Positions 30,843 through 41,900 of a stretch of 64,000 nucleotides of DNA are shown in pieces. Made by a program: the position numbers and the translations under genes. Origin of the DNA: an uncultured virus (IMG/VR IMGVR_UViG_2700989568_000007) (Duplodnaviria > Heunggongvirae > Uroviricota > Caudoviricetes); the IMG/VR virus record IMGVR_UViG_2700989568_000007; one strand, given 5' to 3'. The notes beneath the pieces are model-generated. The model did no database searches. It saw nothing but the letters and a program-made list of their open reading frames with translations, and was not told the origin of the DNA. Each line of letters starts with the position of its first letter. The first letter of the stretch is position 1.

Positions 30843-32432
30843 ATGGAAGGGAAGCAAATGGAATTGACTGAGAAGCAAATTAAGGATCTTGTGGCAAGAC
30901 GCCACCCCGAATACATAAAGAAAAAAGAGCACTGGGATTTCCTCGCCAGCACATACGCTGGCGGGCGTGCCTGGTTCGATGACAACATTTTCCGATACTT
31001 CAAAGAAGGTGATCAGGAGTTCAAGGAGCGTCTGGAACGCGCCTACCGCTTCAATCACACCAGGGAAGTGGTGAACCTGATTAATAAATATCTCTTTAAA
31101 GAGGACATCCATCGAAATGTAGAAGAAGCGCCTGAGCCAATTCAGAAGTTCTGGAAACGCGCGACACGACAGAATGTTTCCATCGATGGCTTTATGTCCG
31201 CGCTTGACCTCCAGTCCTCCATCTATGGCCGTGTCTGGGTGGTGGTCGATAGCACGATGGATAGTGACGCAGAATCCGTCGCTGACGAGAAGAAGAAGGA
31301 TGTTCGCGCCTATGCCTACTGGATTTCTCCGCAGCAGATGTTGGATATGGCGTGGGACGATGACGGCAATTTGATCTGGGCGCTGATTGTCGAAGTGGCG
31401 CGCGATGATCAAGATCCTTTTACCTCATCTGGCCAGGAATATCAGCGTTATCGTCTATGGACACGTAACGAGTGGTATCTATTCCGGGAAGAGGTTAAGA
31501 AAGGCGCCGGGAATGCCGGTCGTCGGACCGCAAAAGTTGTGCTTGAAGATAAAGGCGAACACAAACTTGGCGTTGTACCTGTGTTTCCTGTTGATTGCAT
31601 AGGGGAGAGCGAATCGCCGTATTTTAGCCCGTCGCTTATTGATGATATCGCCTACCTTGACCGTGCAGTAGCCAACTATCTGTCGAACCTTGACGCCATT
31701 ATTCAGGATCAGACGTTCAGCCAACTGGCCATTCCCGTTCAGTCGCTCCTGCCAGGCGATGAGAATCACGCAAAGGTAATGGAAATGGGGACAAAACGCG
31801 TCTTCACCTATGACTCGGAAAGTGGCAACCAGCCTTTTTATTTGTCGCCAGACCCTAAGCAAGCTCAGATGATCATCACCACTATCCAGACCGTGATTAA
31901 TGAGATCTACCACTCCGTTGGGGTCGCTGGCGAGCGAACAAAGCAGGATAACGCTAAGGGGATCGATAATTCATCCGGGGCCGCCAAGTTATATGATTTT
32001 CAGCGGGTTAATAGTCTGCTTATTACTAAAGCCGAGCGTCTTGAGCGGGCTGAACGCCAGATGATGTTTTTGGCGGCGAAGTGGATGGGGGTCGATCTCG
32101 ATGAGGAGCATTCGCTGATTGCCTATCCGGAGAGCTTTGATATCCGCGGTCTGACGGATGAATTTGCCGTTGCCGAGAAACTTGGGCTGCTGGAAGCACC
32201 GGATTCTGTGCGTCGATATCAGATGGAAATGCTCATTGAGAAAATCTTCCCGAATATTTCGGCCGCGATGCAGAAAGAATTTGAGAAAGATCTCTTGAAT
32301 TTTCCGCCAAAAAATGCTCTTAACACCCTTGAAAATAAGTCAGTACTTACTTATCATCGTGATACAGTCCAAGAGAGCGGACAAGATCTATCCCAAGGGA
32401 ATGGGAACTCATCAACTCAAGCAACCGAGTGA
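30843..32432 (+). CDS. Portal protein
   Basis: ~525 aa immediately after terL; YGRVWVVVD motif. Start may be 30858. Confidence 0.85.
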   Translation: MEGKQMELTEKQIKDLVARRHPEYIKKKEHWDFLASTYAGGRAWFDDNIFRYFKEGDQEFKERLERAYRFNHTREVVNLINKYLFKEDIHRNVEEAPEPIQKFWKRATRQNVSIDGFMSALDLQSSIYGRVWVVVDSTMDSDAESVADEKKKDVRAYAYWISPQQMLDMAWDDDGNLIWALIVEVARDDQDPFTSSGQEYQRYRLWTRNEWYLFREEVKKGAGNAGRRTAKVVLEDKGEHKLGVVPVFPVDCIGESESPYFSPSLIDDIAYLDRAVANYLSNLDAIIQDQTFSQLAIPVQSLLPGDENHAKVMEMGTKRVFTYDSESGNQPFYLSPDPKQAQMIITTIQTVINEIYHSVGVAGERTKQDNAKGIDNSSGAAKLYDFQRVNSLLITKAERLERAERQMMFLAAKWMGVDLDEEHSLIAYPESFDIRGLTDEFAVAEKLGLLEAPDSVRRYQMEMLIEKIFPNISAAMQKEFEKDLLNFPPKNALNTLENKSVLTYHRDTVQESGQDLSQGNGNSSTQATE

Positions 32433-32454
32433 TAAGTAATTAAAAGGAATTTTT

Positions 32455-33354
32455 ATGAATCTGTGGCAAATGCTAATGGCCCGTCGTGGCCTCATGGATG
32501 TCGCCGAATCACATGAACGTGGTGGCGCAGGTGCTGGAGCTCCCGCTGGTGCAGAAGAGCAGGGCACCCAGGAATCTGGTAAGCAGAACGGCGAGCAGAA
32601 AGATCAGCCGAAAATCGAAGACGATGAATTCGGAGGGATGACTCAGGAAGAGTTGCTCGCTGAATTGCGTAAATCCAAGAAAGCCGGTGCTGACCTGCTG
32701 AAAGAGAACATGAAACGCAAGGAAAAAGAGCGTGCCATGGCCGATCAACTGGCTCAGTACGGTGATATCGATCCGGCACGAGCACGCCAGCTTCTTGAAG
32801 CTGAGCAAGCCGCAGAAAACGCACGCCGTGAGGCGGAGCAAGCTGAACTGGAACGCCGCGGTGAATTCGATGCTGTGAAAAAGCAAATGATCGAAGCTCA
32901 CCAGGCTGAGATGGCTCAACGTGATGAACGTTTTTCCGCTCTGGAGAGCGAAAACGCCGCACTTAAAGCCCAGCTGGTTGAAATGACCGTCGGCGCTTCC
33001 TTTTCTGGCTCCAATTTCCTGCGTGAAAAAGTTCTGATGACTCCGGCTAAGGCCCGCGTTATCTACGGCTCTCATTTCGAAGTGGGTGAAGACGGTAACG
33101 TCGTTGGCTATGACAAGCCGGCAGGTCAGAAAGAGCGTGCTGTTCTGGTTGACGGCGAAGGTAAGCCGTTACCGTTCGAATCCGCGATTGAGCGTATTTT
33201 ACGTGCAGATCCGGAAGCTGACGCTTTATTGCGCAGCGAAGCTAAGCAGGGTGCTGGTTCAATTAGTAAACCGACCCACAAAGTAACCCAGCCGAAGAAC
33301 AAGTCGACAATGGATAAGTTGACTGCCGGTTTAGGGAAAATCGGAATCAAGTAA
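32455..33354 (+). CDS. Capsid scaffolding protein
   Basis: Charged coiled-coil protein between portal and capsid genes. Confidence 0.72.
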   Translation: MNLWQMLMARRGLMDVAESHERGGAGAGAPAGAEEQGTQESGKQNGEQKDQPKIEDDEFGGMTQEELLAELRKSKKAGADLLKENMKRKEKERAMADQLAQYGDIDPARARQLLEAEQAAENARREAEQAELERRGEFDAVKKQMIEAHQAEMAQRDERFSALESENAALKAQLVEMTVGASFSGSNFLREKVLMTPAKARVIYGSHFEVGEDGNVVGYDKPAGQKERAVLVDGEGKPLPFESAIERILRADPEADALLRSEAKQGAGSISKPTHKVTQPKNKSTMDKLTAGLGKIGIK

Positions 33355-33380
33355 CATCTTAAATCATAGGGAAATGAAAG

Positions 33381-34259
33381 ATGCCATTACTGCGTGAAGA
33401 AGCTGAAAAGCTGTCTAATAACGAGCTTGAACAGGGCGTGATCGAGACCATTATCGATCGTGACGACCTGTTTGCCGTCCTGCCTTTCATGAAGATCAAT
33501 TCGAAGGCATATCTTTATAACCGCGAAAAAACCCTGAGCGAAGCTACTTTCATTGATGTGAACGACACCATCACCGAAGGTGCAGCAACCTTCGAAGAGA
33601 AAGTTGCGAAGCTGCGCATTCTGGCTGGCGACGTTGACGTCGACAAATTCCTGGCTACCACTATGGCTGATACCAACAACCAGCTGGCTATCCAGGTTCG
33701 TCAGAAAGTCAAAGGTCTGGCTCGTGCCTTCCGTCGCAATCTGATTGTTGGCGACTCCACCACTAACAACAAAGCCTTCGACGGTATTCCGAAGCTGATG
33801 CATGACGATCAGAAGATCGACATCTCCGGCGCATCCATGACTTTCTCCATGTTCGACGAACTGGTCGACGCAGTTAAAGATCTGGGCGCAGACTGCATCA
33901 TGATGCGTTCTGAGCATCTTCGCGCATATCGTGCGCTGCTGCGAACTGTAAACGTAGGCCCGTCCGAAATCATGATGGAAAACTTCGGTCGACCAATGCT
34001 GTGCCATAACGGCGTTCCGTTTATCGTAAACGATTTCATTCCGGTTGCGGACTCCACCAAAGCGGATATCTACTGTCTGCACCTTTCTGAAGAAAACGGT
34101 GTAACTGGTCTGTACGGCGGCGAAAACGCCGGTATCGTTGTGGAAAACATTGGCACCGTTCAGAACAAAGACGCAGTACGTACTCGTGTGAAGTGGTACT
34201 GCTCTCTGGCCAATAAGCACGACAAAGCTATCGCGGCGCTGACTAACGTCAAAATTTAA
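33381..34259 (+). CDS. Major capsid protein
   Basis: 292 aa; position, biased codon usage, and FDGI and GVPFIVND motifs of HK97-fold capsids. Confidence 0.88.
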   Translation: MPLLREEAEKLSNNELEQGVIETIIDRDDLFAVLPFMKINSKAYLYNREKTLSEATFIDVNDTITEGAATFEEKVAKLRILAGDVDVDKFLATTMADTNNQLAIQVRQKVKGLARAFRRNLIVGDSTTNNKAFDGIPKLMHDDQKIDISGASMTFSMFDELVDAVKDLGADCIMMRSEHLRAYRALLRTVNVGPSEIMMENFGRPMLCHNGVPFIVNDFIPVADSTKADIYCLHLSEENGVTGLYGGENAGIVVENIGTVQNKDAVRTRVKWYCSLANKHDKAIAALTNVKI

Positions 34260-34263
34260 TCCT

Positions 34264-34291
34264 AATAATAGGTAAGTACTTACCTATTATT
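34264..34291. promoter_or_regulatory. 28-bp perfect palindrome, best copy of the dispersed TARGTAAGTACTTACYTA motif
   Basis: AATAATAGGTAAGTACTTACCTATTATT; about 12 related copies elsewhere in the window. Confidence 0.8.
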
Positions 34292-34337
34292 TTTAAATGG
34301 GTGGGCTATACGCCCGCCCTTTTTATAGGAGCGATAT

Positions 34338-34766
34338 ATGTCAGAAAAAAAAGTGAAGATCACTGAAAAGGCCTTCACCGACTTTACGGGGGTTATGTTC
34401 CGTACTTCTTTCACTAAATCGGTGTCCGATCATCCAGTAAACGAGCGCATGCAGAACCGTATCACCGCAGCTATGCGAGCGGTTCCGATGGAGCCCACTG
34501 TCGCTGTTACCGGTGTGTCGGTAAGTCCTAAGTCGGCATCGGTGGAGGTGAAAAAAACGGTTCAACTCACGGCTACCGTGGCGCCTGCTGGTGCTACCAA
34601 CAAGAAAGTTACCTGGGCGTCGAAAAATGCTGAATTTGCAACGGTTGACGCGGCTACTGGTCTCGTGACCGGCGTTGCAGAAGGGACTGCAACAATTGAA
34701 GTCACGACCGCAGACGGCAGCCATAAAGCAACCGCAACTGTTCAAGTTACAGCAGCTGCAGCCTGA
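34338..34766 (+). CDS. Ig-like (Big_2) virion decoration protein
   Basis: VTGVSVSP...QLTATVAP..ATNKKVTW.S...ATVD..GLVTGVAEG. Confidence 0.85.
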   Translation: MSEKKVKITEKAFTDFTGVMFRTSFTKSVSDHPVNERMQNRITAAMRAVPMEPTVAVTGVSVSPKSASVEVKKTVQLTATVAPAGATNKKVTWASKNAEFATVDAATGLVTGVAEGTATIEVTTADGSHKATATVQVTAAAA

Positions 34767-34813
34767 TTCAGCAACAAGGTGTGGCTCTGGCCACCCTGTT
34801 CAGAGGAAAACTC

Positions 34814-35248
34814 ATGAAACCAGCAAAAATTCATCTTCTGGAACCTCAGTTCCTTGGATACACGGGCATCCTGTGCGGCGTTTACTTTAAAGACGGCATT
34901 TCCGTAGCAGAGCTGCCATTCCTCGATCAACAGCGGATCTGCGCCTCAATGCGTGCCGAAACGATTGATGGGCAAAATGTCTCTCCATCAGCTGCCTTCA
35001 GCAATCGTAACGAGCTGGTGGCCGATCAGATTGTGGAGCCTACGGCCCCTGATATTGTCCCTATGAAACGTGGCGTCGCGAAGGAGGAGACAAAACATGT
35101 GCAGCGCTTCACCCGAGAAGAGCTGGAGTCCATTGCTGACTGTGAAGGTATCGCCGGCCTGCGCCAGATCGGCAACACGCTTGGCGTGAAAGCGAAGGGC
35201 ATTGTTGAAATGATCGAGGGCATCCTGAAAGCACAAGGCGGTGAGTGA
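34814..35248 (+). CDS. Phage head-module hypothetical protein
   Basis: GAGGA RBS before ATG 34814; operon position. Confidence 0.72.
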   Translation: MKPAKIHLLEPQFLGYTGILCGVYFKDGISVAELPFLDQQRICASMRAETIDGQNVSPSAAFSNRNELVADQIVEPTAPDIVPMKRGVAKEETKHVQRFTREELESIADCEGIAGLRQIGNTLGVKAKGIVEMIEGILKAQGGE

Positions 35249-36081
35249 TGGCTCTGATCGACACGTTTCGTAGCGGAGACATCGTGTCTCTGACCTTCGC
35301 CTTTAACGTACTGGATATCGACTCCGCCTCTTATACGGTGCGAGATAGTGCAGGCACAACAATTGTGGACGAAGAGCCTCTCGATATTGCAGAAGGCCAA
35401 ATGTCTATACCGGTTGTGATCTCAGCAGAGCATAACCAGCTGGTCGAAAAAGAGCGTGATCTGCGCTACGTCATCGTGAAGGCCACAGCGGGTGGGCTAA
35501 CCCACGAAGAGCGGCAGATGTATGTGCTGCTTAATAGCTTTGAACTATCCGTCCCGGGTCAGTCGTTTGCCACCGTAGCCGATGCTCAAATGCAGGCCAT
35601 TGATATGATCAATGGAGATACATTGCTGGCTGATGGAGAGGGTTTGATGCGCAAGCGGCTAATCGAAGCGACACGGCGAATCAAAACCTTACCTTTCTCT
35701 ATCCGGAGGATCATGCGCATCGATTTCGACCGGTATGACCGTCCCCAAAACATGCTGAATGTCTATGACATTCCCTGGGGGGCTGACGGTGTGTATCGGC
35801 AGGATTTGGTGGACTGGGAACGGATCACTTCGGAGCAGTTTGCGGATTTGCCAGACTACTTTAAAGAGGCGCTGCTTCTGGCCACCGTTAATGAGGCATG
35901 CGAGATCGCCAATGGCAACGATATTGCGAGTGCGCGTGAAGACGGCATTTTGTCTGAATCTATCGGTGAAACAACCAATATGTACCGCACAAGCAAAGTG
36001 GCGAATGTCCGTGTGGCCCGCAGCACCTGGCGATTGCTTATTAGTTACATCAACAATCGGATGATTGTTCGTCGTGCGTAA
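35245..36081 (+). CDS. Putative head-tail adaptor
   Basis: Position; C-terminal GILSESIGE motif. Confidence 0.65.
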   Translation: MMALIDTFRSGDIVSLTFAFNVLDIDSASYTVRDSAGTTIVDEEPLDIAEGQMSIPVVISAEHNQLVEKERDLRYVIVKATAGGLTHEERQMYVLLNSFELSVPGQSFATVADAQMQAIDMINGDTLLADGEGLMRKRLIEATRRIKTLPFSIRRIMRIDFDRYDRPQNMLNVYDIPWGADGVYRQDLVDWERITSEQFADLPDYFKEALLLATVNEACEIANGNDIASAREDGILSESIGETTNMYRTSKVANVRVARSTWRLLISYINNRMIVRRA

Positions 36082-36178
36082 CACACGTCGTGCTCTTTAC
36101 TTCTGGTCGACAGGCCAAAGACGGGAAACCGCGCCTCCGCCTGGTAATGAGTGCGACGACTTCACACAAGGAGAGTGG

Positions 36179-36523
36179 ATGAATATTTCGTGGCAAGCCG
36201 AATTGTCGATCTACCGGTTTGGTTCCAAAAACGTCTACGGTGAAGCGCAATTGCAGTTCGTCAGGAAGACGAAAGTAGGCGTCGTTAAATTTGAACAGAG
36301 CAATGAAAAATCGTCCGTCAGGGCAGATAGCTCTGGAAGCCGCGGAAAGGCGGCGCTGGAATTGTTTGACGCAGTACTTATTGCTCCACTTGAAGCCGCT
36401 GTTCAACTCGACGACGTTCTTGTGCTGGAGGGACAGAAGCTGAAGGTCTCAAGCGTACATCGGCGATGGGGACTACGAGGCCGCCCTGGGCATCTTGAGT
36501 TGGGGGCGAATATATGGGTTTGA
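36179..36523 (+). CDS. Putative head closure protein
   Basis: Small beta-rich protein, AAGGAG RBS, neck-gene position. Confidence 0.62.
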   Translation: MNISWQAELSIYRFGSKNVYGEAQLQFVRKTKVGVVKFEQSNEKSSVRADSSGSRGKAALELFDAVLIAPLEAAVQLDDVLVLEGQKLKVSSVHRRWGLRGRPGHLELGANIWV

Positions 36524-36987
36524 AATATGACGCACACCAGTTTAAGCGTGCCGGCGCCAGACTTAATAACAGCCAGAAAGCGTTCAAGCGATATCTAATC
36601 AGGGACATGGAAAAGCTGGCGCGTCTGGTTGAACGACTGGCACGAGCCATGGCCCCGCTTGAAACCGGATCGCTTGAGAGCGCCATTTTTGCGCGGGTTG
36701 TAAAAGAAGGATACGCGGGGCTTCGTATTGAGCTTTCCGTTTCAGGCGCAAAGCAGCGAGAAGGGCATCCAGGCGTTGAGGTGGGGGACTATGCCAAATA
36801 CATGGAGCTTGGTAAGTACCGTCTTGGTTATTTGTCTCGTATGAAGAATGTTACCAACCCTCCTGTCGCCGGCGTGAAGCCTAAAGTGGGCCCATATTTC
36901 CTTGAGCGAGCGACTCAGATCAGCGAAAAGCAATTTTCGCAGACGATCTTGGAAGCTGCCAGAAAAGCAGGATTTACGCGAGGTTGA
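36514..36987 (+). CDS. HK97 gp10-like tail completion protein
   Basis: ARAMAPLETGSLESAI, YAKYMELG and PYFLERA motifs. Confidence 0.78.
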   Translation: MGLKYDAHQFKRAGARLNNSQKAFKRYLIRDMEKLARLVERLARAMAPLETGSLESAIFARVVKEGYAGLRIELSVSGAKQREGHPGVEVGDYAKYMELGKYRLGYLSRMKNVTNPPVAGVKPKVGPYFLERATQISEKQFSQTILEAARKAGFTRG

Positions 36988-36988
36988 C

Positions 36989-37381
36989 GTGTTTGTAGAA
37001 GCATTCGCAAAATTGATACAAAAAAAGGGGCTTGGAAAAGTAGGGACGGACATTTTCTGTCACTACATGCCAGCAAAAGTTAAGTCTGGCATCTTGCTGA
37101 TTAATCCCAATACAGGCATAGCCATCGACCCGGATTTGCAGGGTTTTTACTTCGACTCATTCACGATAGTAGTTCGCAATGCGAGTATTACAAAATCTGT
37201 TGAAATGGCCAACGAAATCATGGGCATCCTTCCTGTTAGCAACGTTGAGTCTGACGGGGTATTCTTCAAAATGGTTAGGCCGATGGCGATGCCAATAACG
37301 TATCCAATAAATGACGGATCGCTTATTGAAACGGGGATTCCACTTGAATTTGCCGGGTACTTTATTGAACTGAATAAATAA
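36989..37381 (+). CDS. Putative tail terminator / minor capsid protein
   Basis: GTG start 1 nt after the upstream stop; position before the tail tube gene. Confidence 0.65.
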   Translation: MFVEAFAKLIQKKGLGKVGTDIFCHYMPAKVKSGILLINPNTGIAIDPDLQGFYFDSFTIVVRNASITKSVEMANEIMGILPVSNVESDGVFFKMVRPMAMPITYPINDGSLIETGIPLEFAGYFIELNK

Positions 37382-37448
37382 GTAAGTATATACTTACTAT
37401 TGTGTGTCGGAATGACACTGTTTTAACGGAAAAAGGAGTTTTCCAATA

Positions 37449-38195
37449 ATGTCCAATACCCATGTTAAAAACATCAAGCTTGGCGCCTGCAAGGTGTCGT
37501 TTGGTGGCGTGGATCTGGGTTACACCAAAGGCGGCGTTCAGGTTGAAATCGCAACCGAAACGCTGAAAGTGACCGTAGACCAGCTGGGCCAGACCACGAT
37601 CTCCGAGCTGATCCAGGGCCGCAATATCACCATTACTGCGCCGCTGGCTGAATCCGTGTTGAAAAACATGGTCGATCTGATGCCAGGTTCCACGCTGAGT
37701 TCTGGCGAAGATACCGTAACCATCACGTCTGCGCAGGGTGTGAACCTGATCGACGTTGCGAAAGAGTTGGTGCTGACCCCGCAGGATGCGACGGATTATG
37801 TTCTGACCATCCCTAAAGCAGCAACTGCGGGTAACTTCACCATGACCTACCAGTCTGACGACGTTCGCGTGTTCTCAGTTGAGTTTTCCGCTTACCCGGA
37901 CGACGCTGGCGTGTTGGGGAAAATGAGCCTCCCAAAGCCGGTTGAGAGCGTCACGCTGACCCCGTCTTCACCGACCGTAAAAGTGGGCGCTAAAGTTCAG
38001 TTGAGCGCAACCTTTACCCCGGCCGATGCAACCAATAAGACTGGCGTGTGGAGCTCTGATGCGACTGATAAAGCGACCGTAGATCAGAACGGACTGGTAA
38101 CTGGTAAAGCTGTCGGTTCAGCCAATATCACCTTCACAACTAATGACGGCGCCAAGAAGGCGACCAAAGCCGTCTCTGTAACTGCCGCAAGCTAA
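37449..38195 (+). CDS. Major tail (tube) protein with C-terminal Ig-like domain
   Basis: DLGYTKGGV motif; Big_2 C-terminus. Confidence 0.88.
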   Translation: MSNTHVKNIKLGACKVSFGGVDLGYTKGGVQVEIATETLKVTVDQLGQTTISELIQGRNITITAPLAESVLKNMVDLMPGSTLSSGEDTVTITSAQGVNLIDVAKELVLTPQDATDYVLTIPKAATAGNFTMTYQSDDVRVFSVEFSAYPDDAGVLGKMSLPKPVESVTLTPSSPTVKVGAKVQLSATFTPADATNKTGVWSSDATDKATVDQNGLVTGKAVGSANITFTTNDGAKKATKAVSVTAAS

Positions 38196-38256
38196 ATTGT
38201 TATAACCCAAGAGGCCCATGGATGGGCCTCTGTATGAGTTTAAAAGGATTTAAACC

Positions 38257-38574
38257 ATGACCAAATTACTCGATCTCGACTCCATTCTGCCGCCGAAAAA
38301 AAGCATCAAATTTGGTGGCAAAGAATATCCCATCATTGAAATGACCGTCGGCCTCTTTGTTTCTATCAAGCAGATGGAAGACAAAGACCTCATGAATATG
38401 TCTCCCGTCGACCAGGTAACTGCCTACGCAGAACTGGTACGCAAAGTCATTCCGTCAGTACCTGACTCCGTTCTGGAAAAACTGACTGTCCAGCAACTCC
38501 AGCAGATCTTCACTTTCGCCATGGAAGTGATTGATGAAGAGAACGAAAAAGCGGCTGGCGAAGGGGCAAAGTAA
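38257..38574 (+). CDS. Tail assembly chaperone (gpG-like)
   Basis: Lies between the tail tube and tape measure genes. Confidence 0.8.
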   Translation: MTKLLDLDSILPPKKSIKFGGKEYPIIEMTVGLFVSIKQMEDKDLMNMSPVDQVTAYAELVRKVIPSVPDSVLEKLTVQQLQQIFTFAMEVIDEENEKAAGEGAK

Positions 38575-38924
38575 TATCCCGCGATGAATCCGGGGTAAAG
38601 ACCGTTTCGATAGATCTCGGATTCTATTTCAGTCGTGTAGTTGCTCACTACGCCGTATCGCCAATAGAGCTACTGAGTGTCCCGTTGACCATGTTCTGGA
38701 TGCTCAGCCGCAATATCGATCGTCTGCGAGCGGAAGAGGATGTCCGCAATCTGCAGGTCGCCCGCGTCGCCCAAGCGGATGGCGATGGCGTTAAGGCGTT
38801 CATGGAGGGTTTGCAACTCAGGATTGGAAGGCCAGTCGTTACTGATAAAGTCTACCGTCCGCATATGGATAAGGCAGACCCCGACGCCAAAGAGCAGCTG
38901 ATGCAAATTTTTGGCAGAGGATGA
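38571..38924 (+). CDS. Tail assembly chaperone -1 frameshift extension (gpT-like)
   Basis: The -1 frame is open from 38538 to the stop at 38924 (VISRDESGVKTVSIDLGFYFSRVVAHY...). No clear RBS of its own. Confidence 0.72.
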   Translation, partial: VISRDESGVKTVSIDLGFYFSRVVAHYAVSPIELLSVPLTMFWMLSRNIDRLRAEEDVRNLQVARVAQADGDGVKAFMEGLQLRIGRPVVTDKVYRPHMDKADPDAKEQLMQIFGRG

Positions 38925-38931
38925 CAAGGGA

Positions 38932-41900
38932 ATGTCACAAAACGTAGAGTTTATCCTGTCGCTGGAAGACAAACAGTTTACGGCGTCAATCGACCGGGCG
39001 GGTAAATTACTTACCAAATTTGGCGAGCGGGCTACCAAACCGGCTCAAAAAATTAAAAACCTCGAGCGCTCTCTGGGTTCGGTCTCCAGCATTCTTGGCG
39101 CTCTTGAAACCAGACTCAATTCTACGGCAGACAAACTACAGGACGTAGCTGCCGGTTTTGAACTCGTTTCCAACACCTCTCGAAAGGCACAACGTGAACT
39201 GTCCGCTATCAGCACTGATTTGCGGACATTCACAGATCGCGTTGATTCAGCAACATCGTCTACGCACAAGTTCCTGGCCTCATTGCGGAAGGTTCAGTCG
39301 GAACTCAATGAGTTTTCTGATTGGGTTAAATACGCAGGAGACCATGCCGGTAAATTCAACACTGAGATCAAGGGTGCCACTACTTCTCTTGGTGGGATGA
39401 ACACCAGACTAAATGCGACCAGCAAGCGTCTGAGCAATTGGGGAACAACGACAAGCCAGGCGGCCGAGGGTTTAAAAAAAGTCAAAGATCAGATGGATGG
39501 CGTTATTCGAAGCCAGCAGCTGATCAGCCGTCCAGTCAGGGTCAGAACAACCACAACGGGTGGGGGAGGCAGCGGAGGTGGCGCTGATCGATTTACCGCT
39601 GCGCCCCATCGCGGTGGTGGTCGTGAAAATGGCGTCTTTTATGGATTACGCGGCAATATTTTCCTTCTGGGAGAAATTGGGGATGCTGCCAGAACGGTTA
39701 CTGACATCCTGTTTGGTTGGCAGAAGCCGATCGTAGAGGCTGCGGCCGAAATGCAGCGTATGCGTGTCATGTTGCGTGGCTTGAACAAGGATAAAGTCAA
39801 TCCTGAAGAAGCCGCTGCTCAAGACATGCAGTATATCGTGAACATGGCGAAAAACGCCCCATTTGCGATGCAGTCTTTAACCGACTCATTTGTGAAGTTC
39901 CGTTCTGCTGGGCTCGATCCTACTGATGGCTCGTTAAAGGCACTGGTGGACTCAGTCGCACGTTTTGGTGGCGATAGTGAGTTGCTTAAACGAGCGGCGG
40001 TGGCTGTCCAACAGATGTCTGGTAAAGGCGTTGTGTCGATGGAAGAGCTCCGCCAGCAATTGGGTGAAGCGGTTCCAAATGCGATGAAGGCCATGGCAGA
40101 TGCGGCCGGTATCACGATGGGTGAGCTAACCAAAGCCGTCTCCAGTGGGACCGTTGAAGCGAAACATGCTCTTTCATTGATGTTTGTTGGTTTGCGTGCG
40201 GAAAACGAAAATGCCGCCAAAGATATGATGCAAACCTACACCGGTGCGTTGGCGCAGCTGCAAACCTCTTTCACTCTGTTTGCCGATCGAGTAGGGCAGG
40301 CTGGATATCTTGATTCTCTGACCAAGGGGATGAAAGAGCTGGCGGCCGTAATGAACAGCGCTGAAGGCATTTCGTTCGCTAATTCACTGGGAGAGGGGCT
40401 TACCACCGCGATTGATGGCCTGCGCGAGCTGGCGCAATGGTTGGCTAAGAATCAGGAGTTGGTTATTACGCTGGGCAAAATTGTCGCCGGAATGGTGGCA
40501 TTTAAAATGCTCAGAGCGGGCATTTTAGGTGTTGTCGGCGCCGGCGGCCAGATGCTTTCCACCTTCATGAAAATGTCCACTGTAATCCAGACACCATTCA
40601 CGCTGGGAGCGACGGCGGTCACTCGTTTCAATCGTGCTGCACGCATGGGACTGGCACCAATCCCATCGCTCATTTTTGCCATTCGTGGCGCGATTACGGG
40701 GCTGAAAGGGGCATTCGCTGGGCTGACTGCGTTTATCGCAGCAAACCCGATTGGCTTTGTGTTTACTGCCGCAATGACAGCAGTGGCGGGGCTGATCACT
40801 TACATGACTATGCTCCGCAGCGAAACGTCAAAAGTCGTTGATGAGATCCGCAAAATCCCCGAGGCGATGACGGCCGCCAAGCGCGCACAAATGGCGGATT
40901 ACAAGGAACGTCTTGATCGCCAAATAGCTCAGAAGGAGCAGGAGCTAAATTCTGGTGAAAAAATGGTCTACGGACCAGGGATGGCCGGAACCACTATCAA
41001 AATTGACCGTAAGAAGGTCGAGTCCGAACTGAGCGACCTTCGCAAACAACGCGATAGAGTTAGTGGGACTATTGAACTGGGGGACACTGCCGTCTCCAAA
41101 CGTCTCGCAAAAGAGGCGGCTGAATCTCAGATTGAAAAAATCCGCGATGAAAACAAAGATTTTTCGGCCAAGTTCGTGAAAGCGCGCCAGGAAGCTTTGG
41201 AGAAAATTCAGAAGATCAATGACGACAAGTCTTTGTCCGATGATGAAAAGAACAAGCTGCTGGGGCCATTACGAGAAACGGTAAATAAATCTTATCTGGT
41301 ACCAGCCCAAAAGTTGGTTGAGTCTTTATCATCGCGCAAGACCGCAACTGAAAAGCAGATCGCACACTTCAGCGATCTGCTGGAAAAGGCAAAAAAAGAA
41401 GGAAACACAGAACAGGTACAGAAGCTGCAGGGCAGTATTCGTGGCTATCAGGAACATCTTGAAACTGTTGCTCAGGAACTGACACAGGCTGAGTTTGAAC
41501 GCGATAACGCGGCGAAAACCGGGAAGGGCGTGAAGACCAACCAGGGAACAGTGCTTGGGTTGGGCACCAGCGACAAAGGCGCTGATAAAGCGCTTGCGCA
41601 GTACATGCGCAACCAGATGGACTCTGCGGTTTACCAACGCACGCTGCCTGATGGCACACCAATGATGGATTTTGAAGGAAAACCTATCATTGGGCCGAAG
41701 CAGCTTAAAACTCAGCTTAACCTGCAGAAAGCCTCAACCGCATCTTCTCTGGAAAAGATGAGCGAGAAGGAGCGTGCAGCCGCCATAGCCGCATTAACCA
41801 AAGCTCGTGAACAAGATGCCGCTGCTGCCGAGAGGGCAGGGAAGCGTACCGCGAATGCCTCGGAACGCGCCGCGAAGAGGGAGGAAAGTGCGCAACAGAA

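Noticed and set aside
33387..34220. 277-aa antisense ORF over the capsid gene, and similar shadow ORFs over hsdR, tape measure and J
   Set aside because: Explained by codon bias of the sense gene; no RBS or recognisable motifs.
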